39,221 bases of DNA from Gammaproteobacteria bacterium (GCA_030618705.1 JAUXCW010000003.1:1-39221), one strand, 5' to 3'. Positions 7,362 to 18,208 are shown, numbered from the stretch's first letter. Notes: generated from the letters alone by a model not told the origin. Program-made: numbers and translations.

Positions 7362-9173
7362 CTACCACGCCGTATCACCAGCCGGTGCGGAATCGAGATA
7401 CTCATTGTGAGTGGCGACCGATAATTCATCCAGTCGGCGCTCGAGTTGTTCGAGAGAGGGCAGGCAGGGCAAGGCCGGGCCGAATGCGACGATCACCCCC
7501 CTGCCCTGTTTCCCGTCACGCTCGACCGGCCCCTGAATATCGTGCAGGTAGAACGGTACTATCACGGCCTCGCCCAGGGCACTGGCGATTGTATAATCCT
7601 CTTTAGTCAGCAGGCACACCGTTTCGCCCCGCGCCAACAGGCCGCTGATTGTTGCCCCGACCCCGCCGGGATCCGCTCCATCTTCGACAGGGATGACCCA
7701 AATCAATTTAAAGTACCAGCCAAGGCGCCAACGCCTGCAGACGTCGACTGCCATGACAAAACGAATGGGCCGCGGCGAGGCGATCTGCAAATACGTCCAG
7801 TCCAGCCAACTTATGCTATTACCCAACAAGAGCATACCGCCTCGCTCCGGGATATTGCGCATTCCCTGGACGCGCAGCCTGCACCGCCTGGAGGTCCGGT
7901 AGCCGAGTAGCAGGCGCACCAGCGACAGTGGCAGCTTGAACACGGTGTACAAGCTCCCGGCCAGGGCAACCAGCACCAGCAGGCCGAGGATCAATACGGC
8001 ACTGGCGCCCAGGTAAGAAAGCAGGACAGTCAAGGTTAAAAACCCCAACATGCCGATATTCTGTATCAGGTTATTGCCGGCAAGTACCTTGCCCATCTCC
8101 TGGTCTTTTGCATGGAACTGAATCAGTGCGTTGAGGGGCACGATAAAGAATCCACCCATGACGCCAATCATGATGAAGTTCAGGACATGCACCAGGTTGG
8201 TTTCGATTTGCGGGATAAAAACCAGGCCAAGGGTGAAACCGGCCGCCCCGAGGGGAATCAGCCCGACCTCGATATGGTGGCGGGACCATCGGCCGGCAAG
8301 TAATGATCCGAGCATGATGCCGATCCCGCTCGCCGCCAGGGTTCCCTGGATCACCACGGTATTGGTCTGGCCGAGGGATTCCTTGGCAAAGGCGGGAAAG
8401 GTCGCCAGCATCACCTGGCTGATCGACCAGAATATCATCAGGCCGCCGATGGAATACCGAATCATGGGTTGCCGCCATACCGGCCTGAGATTTTCCGCAA
8501 TGTCACTACCTCGCATGTAGCCCCGCCAATCAAAACTCATGTTGCTCTCTTCCCGCTCCAGCTCAGGCACCCGATAGGCAAAAAACAACTGGATCAGGCT
8601 GTTGGCCACCAGCATCCAGCCCACCGGAGCAATCGCACGAAGGATGGCGTCCTCGCTGCCGCGCATGGATGGGTCATAGCGGTATTCGAACAGGATGGAG
8701 TAGGCAAAGGTTCCCAGCAGGATGGCGATAATGGTGACGGCTTGCACGGCGCCGTTGCCCTCACCGAGGCGCTCTTTCCCCAGCATGATTTTTATATAGC
8801 CGTATTTTGCCGGGGAATAAAAAGCACTCTGTACGGCCAGCAGGAATGTCATGCAGAAAGCCGGGATAAACCAGCCCTGGTAATAACAGGCGGTTATCGC
8901 CAGTGTCAGCCCCACCGCAGCCCACGCCGCTATACGCATCACCCGGTTTTTCGGATATTTGTCGGAGATAAACCCCGCCGGGCTGAACAGCAGGATAAAC
9001 GGCAGCAGGATCAAGGCGTTGACGATGGCCGTCAACATGATCTGGGTATCGCCGTCGTAGACCTTGAATACCGTATTCTGGATGATGATCTTGTGCCCAA
9101 GATCGATAAAGGCGTTGAGGAATACCACGGCGATGTACGAGACAAAACCCGTGGTTCGAAGCAGAGTCCTCAT
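7362..9173 (-). CDS. LplT/Aas-type MFS lysophospholipid transporter fused to a degenerate PlsC-like acyltransferase domain
   Basis: N-terminus FLNAFIDLGHKIIIQNT, SPAGFISDKYPK and QSAFYSPAKYG match the MFS part of acyl-ACP:phospholipid acyltransferase fusions. The C-terminal NIPERGGMLLLGNSISWLD...RPIRFVM is PlsC-like. Confidence 0.85.
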   Translation of the reverse strand: MRTLLRTTGFVSYIAVVFLNAFIDLGHKIIIQNTVFKVYDGDTQIMLTAIVNALILLPFILLFSPAGFISDKYPKNRVMRIAAWAAVGLTLAITACYYQGWFIPAFCMTFLLAVQSAFYSPAKYGYIKIMLGKERLGEGNGAVQAVTIIAILLGTFAYSILFEYRYDPSMRGSEDAILRAIAPVGWMLVANSLIQLFFAYRVPELEREESNMSFDWRGYMRGSDIAENLRPVWRQPMIRYSIGGLMIFWSISQVMLATFPAFAKESLGQTNTVVIQGTLAASGIGIMLGSLLAGRWSRHHIEVGLIPLGAAGFTLGLVFIPQIETNLVHVLNFIMIGVMGGFFIVPLNALIQFHAKDQEMGKVLAGNNLIQNIGMLGFLTLTVLLSYLGASAVLILGLLVLVALAGSLYTVFKLPLSLVRLLLGYRTSRRCRLRVQGMRNIPERGGMLLLGNSISWLDWTYLQIASPRPIRFVMAVDVCRRWRLGWYFKLIWVIPVEDGADPGGVGATISGLLARGETVCLLTKEDYTIASALGEAVIVPFYLHDIQGPVERDGKQGRGVIVAFGPALPCLPSLEQLERRLDELSVATHNEYLDSAPAGDTAW

Positions 9174-9176
9174 AGT

Positions 9177-10580
9177 CTATTCACGGGTCCAGCGCGTACC
9201 TTCCCGGGTATCCTCCAGCACCACGCCCTGGTCGGCAAGCTGTTGCCGTATACTGTCCGCCAGCGCGTAGTCGCGATCCTTTTTCGCCTGCTCTCGCTGC
9301 GATATCATCGCCCCTATCTCCTCATCGGCGAGACCGCCCTCCCCGCCGCTCCTGAGAAACGCTTCAGGATCGTCACCGAGCAAACCCAGCACGCCACCAA
9401 GACTTTTCAGCAGTGTCGCAAGGGTATCGACTTCGGCTGACGATTGTTGCTGGCGCGCGGAATTCAAATCCTTTCGCAGTTCGAACATCACCGCCAGCGC
9501 CACCGGCGTATTGAAATCATCGTCCATGGCTCTGCGAAACCGTTTGACGCAGTCGCTATCTCCGGGCAGATCCGACAGCGCCAGCACCGCCACATCGCCC
9601 AGGCCTCTCAGTGCGGTGTACAGTCCCCGCAACGCCTGTTTCGCCTCTTCCAGGTTATCCCGCGAGTAATTAATCGGGCTGCGGTAGTGGCTGCTGGTCA
9701 GCACATAGCGCACCACCTCCGCATGGTATGAGTCGAGAATCTCGCGAATGGTAAAAAAGTTGCCCAGGGACTTGGACATCTTCTCGCCATCCACTCTCAC
9801 CGCTCCCGCGTGCATCCAGTAGTTGACGAACTTGCAGGCGTTGGCGGCCTCTGATTGGGCAATTTCGTTTTCGTGGTGGGGAAAAGGCAGGTCCGGGCCG
9901 CCACCGTGAATATCAAAGTGATCCCCCAGACAGCTCCTGGACATGGCGGAACATTCGATATGCCAGCCCGGTCGCCCCCTGCCCCAGGGCGAAGGCCAGG
10001 ATGCCTCGCCCTGGGGCACGGCCTTCCACAGGGCAAAATCGCGATGATCACGCTTTAGCTCACCGGTCTCTATACGTGCGCCGGCCAATAATTCATCCGG
10101 GTTTTTACCCGACAGTTGACCGTAGTCGGCAAATTTATGCACCGCGTAATAGACATCGCCATTGCTTACGACATAGGCGTAGCCCCTCTCGACCAGAACT
10201 TCGATCATGGCGATGATATCGTCCATATGGGCGGTGGCGCGGGGTTCCTGATCCGGCGGCAACACACCCAGCCGGCTCTCGTCCTCGTGCATAAAATCGA
10301 TAAAGCGAGCGGTCAGCTCGCTGAAAGCCTCATGGTTATCACTGGCGCGATTGATGATCTTGTCGTCGACATCGGTGATATTGCGCACGTATTCCACCTG
10401 GTAGCCGACGGCCCGCAGATAGCGGGTGATGACATCAAAGGCCACTAAGACGCGAGCGTGACCGAGATGGCAGTAATCGTAAACCGTCATACCACAGACA
10501 TAGAGCCGTATTTTATTTGGCTCTATGGGCTCGAACAGCTGCTTGCTGCGAGACAGGGTGTTATAGATTTTCAGGGGCAT
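9177..10580 (-). CDS. cysS: Cysteine--tRNA ligase
   Basis: [17 protein letters not shown] (HIGH-like), [25 protein letters not shown] and KMSKSLGN. Confidence 0.98.
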   Translation of the reverse strand: MPLKIYNTLSRSKQLFEPIEPNKIRLYVCGMTVYDYCHLGHARVLVAFDVITRYLRAVGYQVEYVRNITDVDDKIINRASDNHEAFSELTARFIDFMHEDESRLGVLPPDQEPRATAHMDDIIAMIEVLVERGYAYVVSNGDVYYAVHKFADYGQLSGKNPDELLAGARIETGELKRDHRDFALWKAVPQGEASWPSPWGRGRPGWHIECSAMSRSCLGDHFDIHGGGPDLPFPHHENEIAQSEAANACKFVNYWMHAGAVRVDGEKMSKSLGNFFTIREILDSYHAEVVRYVLTSSHYRSPINYSRDNLEEAKQALRGLYTALRGLGDVAVLALSDLPGDSDCVKRFRRAMDDDFNTPVALAVMFELRKDLNSARQQQSSAEVDTLATLLKSLGGVLGLLGDDPEAFLRSGGEGGLADEEIGAMISQREQAKKDRDYALADSIRQQLADQGVVLEDTREGTRWTRE

Positions 10581-10604
10581 CGCTGGCTTGCTCTCGCATA
10601 GGGT

Positions 10605-12275
10605 TCACCGCCGGGCAGTATCCTTCAGCCCGATGGTGCGATTAAAGACCGGATGTTGCTCACTGTGCGACCGGCGATCGGCAACAAAATAACCCACCCG
10701 CTCAAACTGAAAACCCTGCTCGGGGGTGGCCCGGGCGAGGCCCGGCTCGATGCGGCAGTTCTCCAGCACCTGCAGGGAGTCCGGGTTGATGTGCTCCGTC
10801 ATATCCTGGTCACCACTGCCCGGCGTTTCGCTCAGAAACAGCCTGTCATACAAATTGACGGTGGCCGTTTTACTGTGGCTCGCCGACACCCAGTGAATGA
10901 CGCCACGGGGCCTGATGCCCTCTGGAGGACTCTGGCCAACGGTGTCCGCCACCAGGCTGACCTCGAGCTCGGTAATCTCGCCGTTTTCACTTTTAACTAC
11001 TCGCTCGGCCTTGATGATGTAGGCGCCTCGCAGTCGGACATATTCACCCAGAACCAGACGCTTGAACTTTTTGCGTGACAGCGTGTTGTCCTCGCTGAAG
11101 TCCGTGCGCTCGATATACAACTCGCGGGTAAACGGCAGCTCTCGCTCTCCCAGCTCGGAACGGTCCGGGTGTGCCGGGGCGGAAATCAACTCGACCCCGC
11201 CATCGGCAAAATTGCTAACGATAATTTTTAGTGGCGAAAGAACACACATCGCTCGCGGTGCATTCTTGTTGAGGTCGTCACGAATGGCGAACTCCAGCAT
11301 ACCGACGTCTACAACCCCATCCGAGCGGGTCACTCCGATCATATCGCAGAAAGCTCGAATAGCCGAGGCGGTATAGCCGCGCCGTCGCAGGCCGGAAATG
11401 GTCGGCATGCGGGGATCATCCCAGCCGTCTACCCGCTCTTCATCGACGAGGCGCCTCAATTTTCGTTTGCTGGTCATGGTATAACTGAGATTGAGCCGGG
11501 CAAATTCGTACTGCACCGGTGTGGAGGGTACCGGCAATTCGTTGATAAGCCAGTCGTACAGGGGGCGATGGTCTTCGAATTCCAGCGTACAGATAGAGTG
11601 AGTAACGCCTTCGATCGCATCCTCCTGGCCGTGGGCGAAATCGTAGGATGGGTAGATATTCCACTTGTCCCCGGTTCGGTGATGGCTCGACTTCTTGATG
11701 CGATACAGCACGGGATCCCGCAGGTTCAGGTTGGGGGATGCCATATCGATTTTTGCACGCAGGGTAGCTGCCCCCTCGTCAATTTTTCCGACCCTCATCT
11801 GCTCCAGCAAATCCAGGCTCTGCTGCGGGCTGCGATCCCGGTACGGGCTGTTCACGCCGGCCTCGGTCAGTGTGCCGCGGTGCTCACGCATGGCCTGCGC
11901 ATCGAGTTCACAGACATAGGCCTTGCCCTGCTCTACCAGGTACTGGGCCCACTGGTACAAGGTATCAAAATAATCGGAGGCAAAGCGCACCTCTGCGCGC
12001 CACTCAAAACCGAGCCAGCGCACATCCTCCTCGATCGAGCGAACGTAGCGCTCCTCTTCCTTTTCCGGGTTGGTATCATCGAAGCGCAGGTTGCAGCCGC
12101 CGTTATACTCACGGGCCAGGCCGAAATTGAGGCAGATCGCCTTGGCGTGACCGATATGCAGATAGCCGTTCGGCTCCGGCGGAAAGCGTGTCAGCAGGGC
12201 ATCGATGCGGCCGGACTCGAGATCATCGGCAACAATTTGCTGGAGGAAATTAAGCGGTTTTTCAGTCTCACTCAT
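10605..12275 (-). CDS. glnS: Glutamine--tRNA ligase
   Basis: [46 protein letters not shown] and FQFERVGYF. Confidence 0.98.
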   Translation of the reverse strand: MSETEKPLNFLQQIVADDLESGRIDALLTRFPPEPNGYLHIGHAKAICLNFGLAREYNGGCNLRFDDTNPEKEEERYVRSIEEDVRWLGFEWRAEVRFASDYFDTLYQWAQYLVEQGKAYVCELDAQAMREHRGTLTEAGVNSPYRDRSPQQSLDLLEQMRVGKIDEGAATLRAKIDMASPNLNLRDPVLYRIKKSSHHRTGDKWNIYPSYDFAHGQEDAIEGVTHSICTLEFEDHRPLYDWLINELPVPSTPVQYEFARLNLSYTMTSKRKLRRLVDEERVDGWDDPRMPTISGLRRRGYTASAIRAFCDMIGVTRSDGVVDVGMLEFAIRDDLNKNAPRAMCVLSPLKIIVSNFADGGVELISAPAHPDRSELGERELPFTRELYIERTDFSEDNTLSRKKFKRLVLGEYVRLRGAYIIKAERVVKSENGEITELEVSLVADTVGQSPPEGIRPRGVIHWVSASHSKTATVNLYDRLFLSETPGSGDQDMTEHINPDSLQVLENCRIEPGLARATPEQGFQFERVGYFVADRRSHSEQHPVFNRTIGLKDTARR

Positions 12276-12310
12276 GGAGATTCCAGTTTCCGATGGTTTG
12301 AAAGAGCGCG

Positions 12311-12339
12311 ATTATAGCGGTACTGGCCGGGCCATTAAA
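12311..12339 (-). promoter_or_regulatory. Putative sigma70 promoter for glnS-cysS-MFS
   Basis: Minus strand TATAAT (12311-12316) with TTTAAT 17 bp upstream, about 35 bp before the glnS start. Confidence 0.45.
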
Positions 12340-12495
12340 CCACGAAAGCCACGGCATGGAACGGTTCAGCGGGGTTTGGGGCAAATCCGCCGGATTTTAG
12401 ACCGGGGCCGGCGTCAAAAATCGGGCGACAGATTTTCCTTTTACAGTGCCAGGGCTTATCATCTGCCCGCTCAATCAACCACGGGAATAGCCTGT

Positions 12496-13005
12496 ATGAT
12501 CACTCTACACACCAATCACGGCGATATCGTCATCGAACTGGATTTCGACAAAGCGCCGGCCAGCTCAGCCAATTTTCTCGCCTACGCCCGGGACGGCTTT
12601 TTTGACGGCACCATTTTCCACCGGGTGATCAATGACTTTATGATCCAGGGTGGCGGATTTGACCCCCAAATGAACCAGAAGGCGACCCGGGAAAACATCG
12701 AAAACGAGGCCGACAATGGACTGAAAAACGATATCGGCACCATCGCCATGGCCCGCACCATGGAACCCCACTCCGCCAGTGCGCAGTTCTTCATCAATAT
12801 CAAGAATAATAATTTCCTCAATCACACCGGCAAGAACAGCCAGGGCTGGGGTTACGCCGTCTTCGGCAAAGTGACCGATGGAATGGACACGGTCGATTCC
12901 ATCAAAGCCGTTGCCACCGGTAATAAGGGTGGTCACCAGGACGTACCCCTGGACGACGTGCTTATCGAAAGCGTCACGATCAGCGATGCCTATGCCGATA
13001 AATGA
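12496..13005 (+). CDS. ppiB: Cyclophilin-type peptidyl-prolyl cis-trans isomerase B
   Basis: [43 protein letters not shown] and GYAVFGKV. The ATG at 12496 is in frame with the 12205 ORF. Confidence 0.96.
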   Translation: MITLHTNHGDIVIELDFDKAPASSANFLAYARDGFFDGTIFHRVINDFMIQGGGFDPQMNQKATRENIENEADNGLKNDIGTIAMARTMEPHSASAQFFINIKNNNFLNHTGKNSQGWGYAVFGKVTDGMDTVDSIKAVATGNKGGHQDVPLDDVLIESVTISDAYADK

Positions 13006-13748
13006 GCGCTCTGCTTATCGCTGACCTGCACCTGTCCCCGGAGCGCCCGGCGGTGAGCCGGGCGTTCCAGGATTTTTTGCAGCAGCGAGCCTCCGGCGCC
13101 GAAGCGCTGTATATACTCGGCGACCTCTTTGAAGCGTGGATTGGCGACGACGACCCCTCGCCCCTCTCTCGAGAAATCGTCTCCGGCCTGCGCCGTCTCA
13201 GCGACCGGGGCACGGCATTATATTTTCAACAGGGCAACCGCGATTTCCTCGTCGGCCGTCGCTTTTGCCGGGAAACCGGCGCCACACTGTTACCCGACGA
13301 GTATATTGCGGACATCAACGGCCAGCGGGTTTTATTGATGCACGGGGATACGCTGTGTCTCGACGACCAGGCCTATCAGCGATTTCGCCGCAAAGTCCGC
13401 AACCCGGCTTATAAGTGGGTACTTTCCCATCTACCGCTTAAAAAGCGGCTGAAAATCGCCGCCGACTGGCGCGCGCGAAGTATGTCCGTCAACTCCAACA
13501 AGGCAACGGGCATAATGGATGTCAGCCCACAGGAGGTTGTGCGACTGATGCAATTGCACGGTGTGCAAACCCTGATTCACGGCCATACCCACCGGCCGGC
13601 AATTCACCAGGTCCCATTAGGGGGCGAGACTACAGGCACACGCCTGGTACTGGGCGACTGGGGAGAGAAGTGCTGGGCCATCGAAGCGGATGGAAAACAC
13701 TTTGACTTGCAGAGTTGGGCTATCGAGGGTGAACACACCTTCCTTTAG
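13002..13748 (+). CDS. lpxH: UDP-2,3-diacylglucosamine diphosphatase
   Basis: Metallophosphoesterase motifs [22 protein letters not shown] and HGHTH. ATGA overlap with ppiB and canonical ppiB-lpxH synteny. Confidence 0.96.
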   Translation: MSALLIADLHLSPERPAVSRAFQDFLQQRASGAEALYILGDLFEAWIGDDDPSPLSREIVSGLRRLSDRGTALYFQQGNRDFLVGRRFCRETGATLLPDEYIADINGQRVLLMHGDTLCLDDQAYQRFRRKVRNPAYKWVLSHLPLKKRLKIAADWRARSMSVNSNKATGIMDVSPQEVVRLMQLHGVQTLIHGHTHRPAIHQVPLGGETTGTRLVLGDWGEKCWAIEADGKHFDLQSWAIEGEHTFL

Positions 13749-13842
13749 TCAAATAATGCTTCCTTAAACCAGAGTACCGACAGCGGGAAGCTGTCCGCGG
13801 CCATCGCCCGGGCTTTGATTCTTCCAGGAGGCTATCACCACT

Positions 13843-14286
13843 ATGATTGACACCTCGACCAGCAGCCTGAAAATACTGGCGGCGGTGCTGTGGTATAGCG
13901 GTGGCCTGGTGTTATTGTTCAAGGGCGGCAGTTTACTGTGGCAGGCTGTGGCCCTGCGCCAGGGGCTGGGCTGGCCTGCGTTAGCGCTGATAAGCGCACT
14001 GCTGATCGGCAGCCTGAAGGTGCGCTTTATCTTCAGTAAGAGTTGTCGCAATAACCTCAGGCGCATTGACCAGCTGCCGCGACCCCGGTGGTGGCAGTTT
14101 TATCGGCCCGGATTTTTGCTGTTTTTGTGCGCTATGATTGTGCTGGGCCGTTACTTGTCGGTCTCCGCCCAGGGTAACTACGCCGGCCTGCTTGGGATGG
14201 CCACCCTGGATTTGTCACTGGCAACAGCCTTATTGGGTAGTAGCTACGTGTTTTGGCAAGCTCCCGTGCAAGCATCTTCCCGTTAG
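13843..14286 (+). CDS. Hypothetical membrane protein (about 4 TM helices)
   Basis: 147 aa with four hydrophobic segments. AGGAGG at 13826-13831 upstream. Confidence 0.75.
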   Translation: MIDTSTSSLKILAAVLWYSGGLVLLFKGGSLLWQAVALRQGLGWPALALISALLIGSLKVRFIFSKSCRNNLRRIDQLPRPRWWQFYRPGFLLFLCAMIVLGRYLSVSAQGNYAGLLGMATLDLSLATALLGSSYVFWQAPVQASSR

Positions 14287-14306
14287 ACCCTGGTAATAGC
14301 AGGGTC
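14286..14306. terminator. Hairpin between convergent small genes
   Basis: GACCCTG-gtaatag-CAGGGTC, a 7-bp stem at the stop of the 13843 ORF. No clear U-tract. Confidence 0.35.
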
Positions 14307-14332
14307 AACACTGCACAGTAATTTTTTTGCAT

Positions 14333-14533
14333 CTAGCGGGGCTTGCTTCGGTCGACTCGATACTCGCGCTCAACATAGTCCACCCGCAGCCACCAGAGCC
14401 ATGAGTCAGAGAGAATTTGCATGCAACGTCGCTCGAGTTCTTGCCGTCGGCAAATCACCTCATCTGAAACATCGTCCGCCAGGCGGCGTTCAGAGATTCT
14501 TCGGTCTGTGAAAATGTCGTATACCATAGCCAT
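14333..14533 (-). CDS. Small hypothetical protein with DRR/ERR motifs and a WLWWL segment
   Basis: A 66-aa ORF that fills an otherwise empty gap between two genes. Non-random motif content (TDRRISERR, CRRQELERR, WLWWLRVDY). Confidence 0.55.
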   Translation of the reverse strand: MAMVYDIFTDRRISERRLADDVSDEVICRRQELERRCMQILSDSWLWWLRVDYVEREYRVDRSKPR

Positions 14534-14630
14534 ACGCTAACAAAAGTCCCGTTGGCTGTCAGCGGAAATAGATCACACTTTCCATGGTAACTTCCGACAT
14601 TGATCACGCGTGCAAGGGTGTCGCCGACCC

Positions 14631-15233
14631 CTATGCGGGAACACCGCTATGGAAGCGAAATTCCTCGTCCACCGACTCTATGAGCTCCCCTTCGACCTGT
14701 CGGAACAAGGCAATTCGCGGCTCAAGTTCTTCATCGGCGTACTTGCGCGCAAGTTCCAGGTAGTCCAGGTAATGGCGTGATTCGGATTTGAGCAGGGACA
14801 GATAAAAGGTTTGTAATTCCTCGTCCAGCAGTGGGGCCAGGGCCGCGAAGCGCTCGCAGGAGCGCGCCTCGATAAAAGCGCCGACCACCAGCATATCGAC
14901 CAGCCGTGCGGGCTCATGGGTGCGGATGTGCTGGCGCAATGAACCGGCGTAGCGTGAGGGCGAAACATGCACGTAGTCCACGTCACGGGCCATCATCAAG
15001 GCCAGGACTTGCTCGAAATGACGCAGCTCCTCCCGGGCCAGGCGGGACATCCTGTTCAACAGGTCGCCGCGGTCGATGTAGCGGTAGATCATGTTCAGCG
15101 CGGTGCTGGCCGCCTTCTTTTCACAATTCGCGTGGTCTATCAGCAATATTGACGGGTTCGCGAGCGCCCACTCGAGCCACGGTTCCGGAGTAGCACAAGC
15201 GAGAAACCGGTGAATTTCCTTTAACTGGGTCAT
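14631..15233 (-). CDS. miaE: tRNA-(ms2io6A37) hydroxylase
   Basis: LIDHANCEKKAA, LAREELRHFEQV, IEARSCERF and SESRHY di-iron motifs. Start placed at MTQLKEIHRFL. Confidence 0.95.
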   Translation of the reverse strand: MTQLKEIHRFLACATPEPWLEWALANPSILLIDHANCEKKAASTALNMIYRYIDRGDLLNRMSRLAREELRHFEQVLALMMARDVDYVHVSPSRYAGSLRQHIRTHEPARLVDMLVVGAFIEARSCERFAALAPLLDEELQTFYLSLLKSESRHYLDYLELARKYADEELEPRIALFRQVEGELIESVDEEFRFHSGVPA

Positions 15234-15369
15234 AAGATGGCCGGCCATTGTTCCGGGGGCGCAGTATACCGGCCGGCTTCTCGCAGGGGAACCCTCTACA
15301 CGATCAATAACTAACATTATATATATTCTGTATCATATTGTTATATATGTGTTTTATATAATCACATAT

Positions 15370-15387
15370 TTAATACCATGGTATTAA
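15370..15387. promoter_or_regulatory. Perfect 18-bp palindrome TTAATACCATGGTATTAA, candidate operator between divergent miaE and acnB
   Basis: Self-complementary, located at the end of a very AT-rich tract (15305-15390). Confidence 0.5.
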
Positions 15388-15505
15388 CCAGCCGCTGCCC
15401 GAAGAGCCTGTCAGCGAGCACTCACACAATCGACCACGATGCCGCGCCTGGCCGTGCCCTGCAGGGAGCCGCAAGAAAAGTAGTGGCGAATTTATCAGGA
15501 CCGCC

Positions 15506-15534
15506 TTAACTTGAAGCCCTCGTTTCGTTATAAT
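15506..15534 (+). promoter_or_regulatory. Putative sigma70 promoter of acnB
   Basis: TTAACT-17 bp-TATAAT, 70 bp upstream of the ATG. RBS AGAGGA just before 15605. Confidence 0.6.
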
Positions 15535-15604
15535 TTCGCACCGCTTTTGATGGCCGCACCTGCACCCCGGGTATCGGCTGCCAACCCGTCAACCAGAGGA
15601 AACC

Positions 15605-18199
15605 ATGGTGCTTAAAGCCTATCGCAAACATGTAGCAGAACGCGCAGAATCCGGAATCCCCCCTGTGCCCCTCTCACCGGAGCAAGTGGCCGACCTGGTT
15701 GAATTGTTGAAGAACCCTCCCACCGGGGAGGAGCAGACCCTGGTAGACCTTATCACCCACCGCGTACCGCCGGGAGTCGATGAGGGCGCCTACGTCAAGG
15801 CGGGCTTTTTGTCTGCCATCGCCCGCGGCGAAGCCCGGTCACCGTTGATCGACAGGGAAGCCGCCGTCGTGCTGCTCGGCGCAATGCACGGCGGGTATAA
15901 CATCGAGACACTTATCGACCTGCTGGACGACAAGCAACTGGCCCCCCTCGCCGCAAAGGAATTGAAACATACACTGCTGATGTTTGATGCCTTTCATGAC
16001 GTCCAGGAAAAAGCCGATGCCGGCAATAAGTATGCGCAAGAGGTGATGCAGTCATGGGCCGAAGGCGAATGGTTTACCAGTCGCGAGGCGGTGGCCGAGT
16101 CGACCCGCGTAAGCGTATTTAAAGTTTCCGGCGAAACCAATACCGATGACCTCTCCCCCGCCCCCGATGCATGGTCGCGACCGGATATTCCTCTCCACGC
16201 CCTGGCCATGTACAAAATGCCCCGGGACGGCATCAGCAACGCTAAACAACAGATAGAAGAACTCGCAGCCAGGGGTTACCCGGTCGCCTTTGTCGGCGAT
16301 GTGGTCGGCACCGGCTCCTCGCGAAAGTCCGCCACCAATTCCGTACTTTGGTATATCGGCGACGATATGCCCGGCGTGCCGAACAAGCGCAGCGGCGGTA
16401 TTTGCATCGGCGGCAAGATCGCCCCGATCTTTTACAACACCATGGAAGATGCGGGCGCCCTGGTGTTTGAAGCCCCGGTGGAAAAACTCGAGCATGGCGA
16501 TGTGATCGAGATTCGCCCCTATGAGGGAAAAATTCTCAAGGTCGAAAGCGGCGAGGTCATATCGGAATTCGAGCTCCGCTCGGAGGTACTGCTTGATGAG
16601 GTGCAGGCCGGTGGACGTATCAACCTGATTATCGGCCGCGGATTGACCGAGCGCGCCAGGGAGGCCCTGGGCCTGGGGGCCACAGAACTGTTTCGCAAGC
16701 CCGCCGTGCCCGGTGCCAGCAATAAGGGCTTCACCCTGGGCCAGAAGATGGTCGGTCGCGCCTGTGGCGTCGAGGGTATTCGCCCCGGTGCCTACTGCGA
16801 ACCCAAGATGACCACGGTGGGCTCCCAGGACACGACTGGCCCCATGACTCGGGACGAATTGAAAGACCTCGCCTGTCTTGGTTTCTCAGCGGACCTGGTG
16901 ATGCAGTCTTTCTGCCACACCGCCGCCTACCCCAAACCCATTGATATCGAAACCCAGCACACGCTCCCCGATTTTATCAGGAACCGTGGCGGGGTATCCC
17001 TACGCCCCGGTGACGGGGTTATTCATAGTTGGCTCAACCGCATGTTGTTGCCGGATACCGTCGGCACCGGCGGTGATTCACACACTCGATTCCCAATGGG
17101 TATCTCCTTCCCCGCCGGTTCCGGACTGGTCGCGTTTGCCGCCGCCACCGGCGTCATGCCGCTGGATATGCCCGAATCCGTCCTGGTGCGATTCAAAGGC
17201 GAAATGCAGGCCGGTATCACCCTGCGCGACCTGGTACATGCCATCCCCTACTACGCCATCCAGCAAGGCTTGCTGACCGTCGCCAAGCAGGGGAAAAAGA
17301 ATGTTTTTTCCGGTCGCATCCTCGAGATCGAAGGGCTCGACAAGCTGAGCATCGAGCAGGCCTTTGAGCTTTCCGATGCCTCGGCCGAGCGCTCCGCCGC
17401 CGGCTGTACCATCGCCCTGTCCGAGGCGTCCGTCACTGAGTACCTGAAATCCAATATCACCCTGCTGCGCTGGATGATCGGCGAGGGCTATGGCGACCCC
17501 CGCACCCTGGAGCGCCGCGCATGCAAGATGGAAGCCTGGCTGGATCAGCCCGAATTACTGAAGGCCGACAGCGATGTCGAATACGCGGCGGTGATCGAGA
17601 TCGACCTGTCGGAGATCGTGGAACCCATTGTCTGCGCGCCCAACGACCCGGATGATGCTCGGCTGTTGTCCGATGTCGCGGGCGACAAGGTCGATGAGGT
17701 GTTTATCGGCTCTTGCATGACCAATATCGGCCACTTTCGAGCCGCCGGTAAATTGCTGGAGGCGCACGGCGGTGGCATATCCACTCGCATGTGGATTACT
17801 CCACCGACAAAAATGGACGAGCATATCCTTATGGAGGAAGGCTACTACAATATTTACGGCCGTGTCGGCGCCCGTACCGAGATGCCCGGATGCTCTCTTT
17901 GCATGGGGAACCAGGCGCGCGTCGCCCCTGGAGCAACGGTATTGTCGACATCGACTCGCAACTTCCCCAACCGTTTGGGTGATGGCGCCAACGTCTACCT
18001 GACCTCCGCCGAGCTGGCCTCTGTGGGCGCGATACTGGGCAAGTTGCCGACACCGGCCGAGTACCAGGAATTCGCCGGCAAGATAGACTCGCAAGCCAGC
18101 GAAATCTATCGCTATATGAATTTTAACGAAATCGCGGAGTTCCAGCGGGGCGCGGAAAAAGGCAAGCAGATTATCGCGGTGGAGATCGTCGAAGCTTAA
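15605..18199 (+). CDS. acnB: Aconitate hydratase B / 2-methylisocitrate dehydratase
   Basis: 864 aa. [53 protein letters not shown], and Fe-S cysteines FIGSCMTN and [12 protein letters not shown]. Confidence 0.98.
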   Translation: MVLKAYRKHVAERAESGIPPVPLSPEQVADLVELLKNPPTGEEQTLVDLITHRVPPGVDEGAYVKAGFLSAIARGEARSPLIDREAAVVLLGAMHGGYNIETLIDLLDDKQLAPLAAKELKHTLLMFDAFHDVQEKADAGNKYAQEVMQSWAEGEWFTSREAVAESTRVSVFKVSGETNTDDLSPAPDAWSRPDIPLHALAMYKMPRDGISNAKQQIEELAARGYPVAFVGDVVGTGSSRKSATNSVLWYIGDDMPGVPNKRSGGICIGGKIAPIFYNTMEDAGALVFEAPVEKLEHGDVIEIRPYEGKILKVESGEVISEFELRSEVLLDEVQAGGRINLIIGRGLTERAREALGLGATELFRKPAVPGASNKGFTLGQKMVGRACGVEGIRPGAYCEPKMTTVGSQDTTGPMTRDELKDLACLGFSADLVMQSFCHTAAYPKPIDIETQHTLPDFIRNRGGVSLRPGDGVIHSWLNRMLLPDTVGTGGDSHTRFPMGISFPAGSGLVAFAAATGVMPLDMPESVLVRFKGEMQAGITLRDLVHAIPYYAIQQGLLTVAKQGKKNVFSGRILEIEGLDKLSIEQAFELSDASAERSAAGCTIALSEASVTEYLKSNITLLRWMIGEGYGDPRTLERRACKMEAWLDQPELLKADSDVEYAAVIEIDLSEIVEPIVCAPNDPDDARLLSDVAGDKVDEVFIGSCMTNIGHFRAAGKLLEAHGGGISTRMWITPPTKMDEHILMEEGYYNIYGRVGARTEMPGCSLCMGNQARVAPGATVLSTSTRNFPNRLGDGANVYLTSAELASVGAILGKLPTPAEYQEFAGKIDSQASEIYRYMNFNEIAEFQRGAEKGKQIIAVEIVEA

Positions 18200-18208
18200 A
18201 TCGGGCTG

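Noticed and set aside
8469-9440. 323-aa plus-strand ORF, and similar long antisense ORFs (26139-27164, 30132-31247, 33609-34616, 37370-38233)
   Set aside because: They are shadow frames opposite well-supported genes, which is expected at high GC with strong codon bias. No recognisable motifs.
12205-12495. 97-aa N-terminal extension of ppiB in the ORF track
   Set aside because: It overlaps the glnS start and the divergent promoter region, and homology begins at MITLHTNHG (12496). Similar over-extended starts were trimmed for WS/DGAT, miaE, DUF58, MoxR, metZ, purF, cvpA, dedD, accD, trpF and asd.
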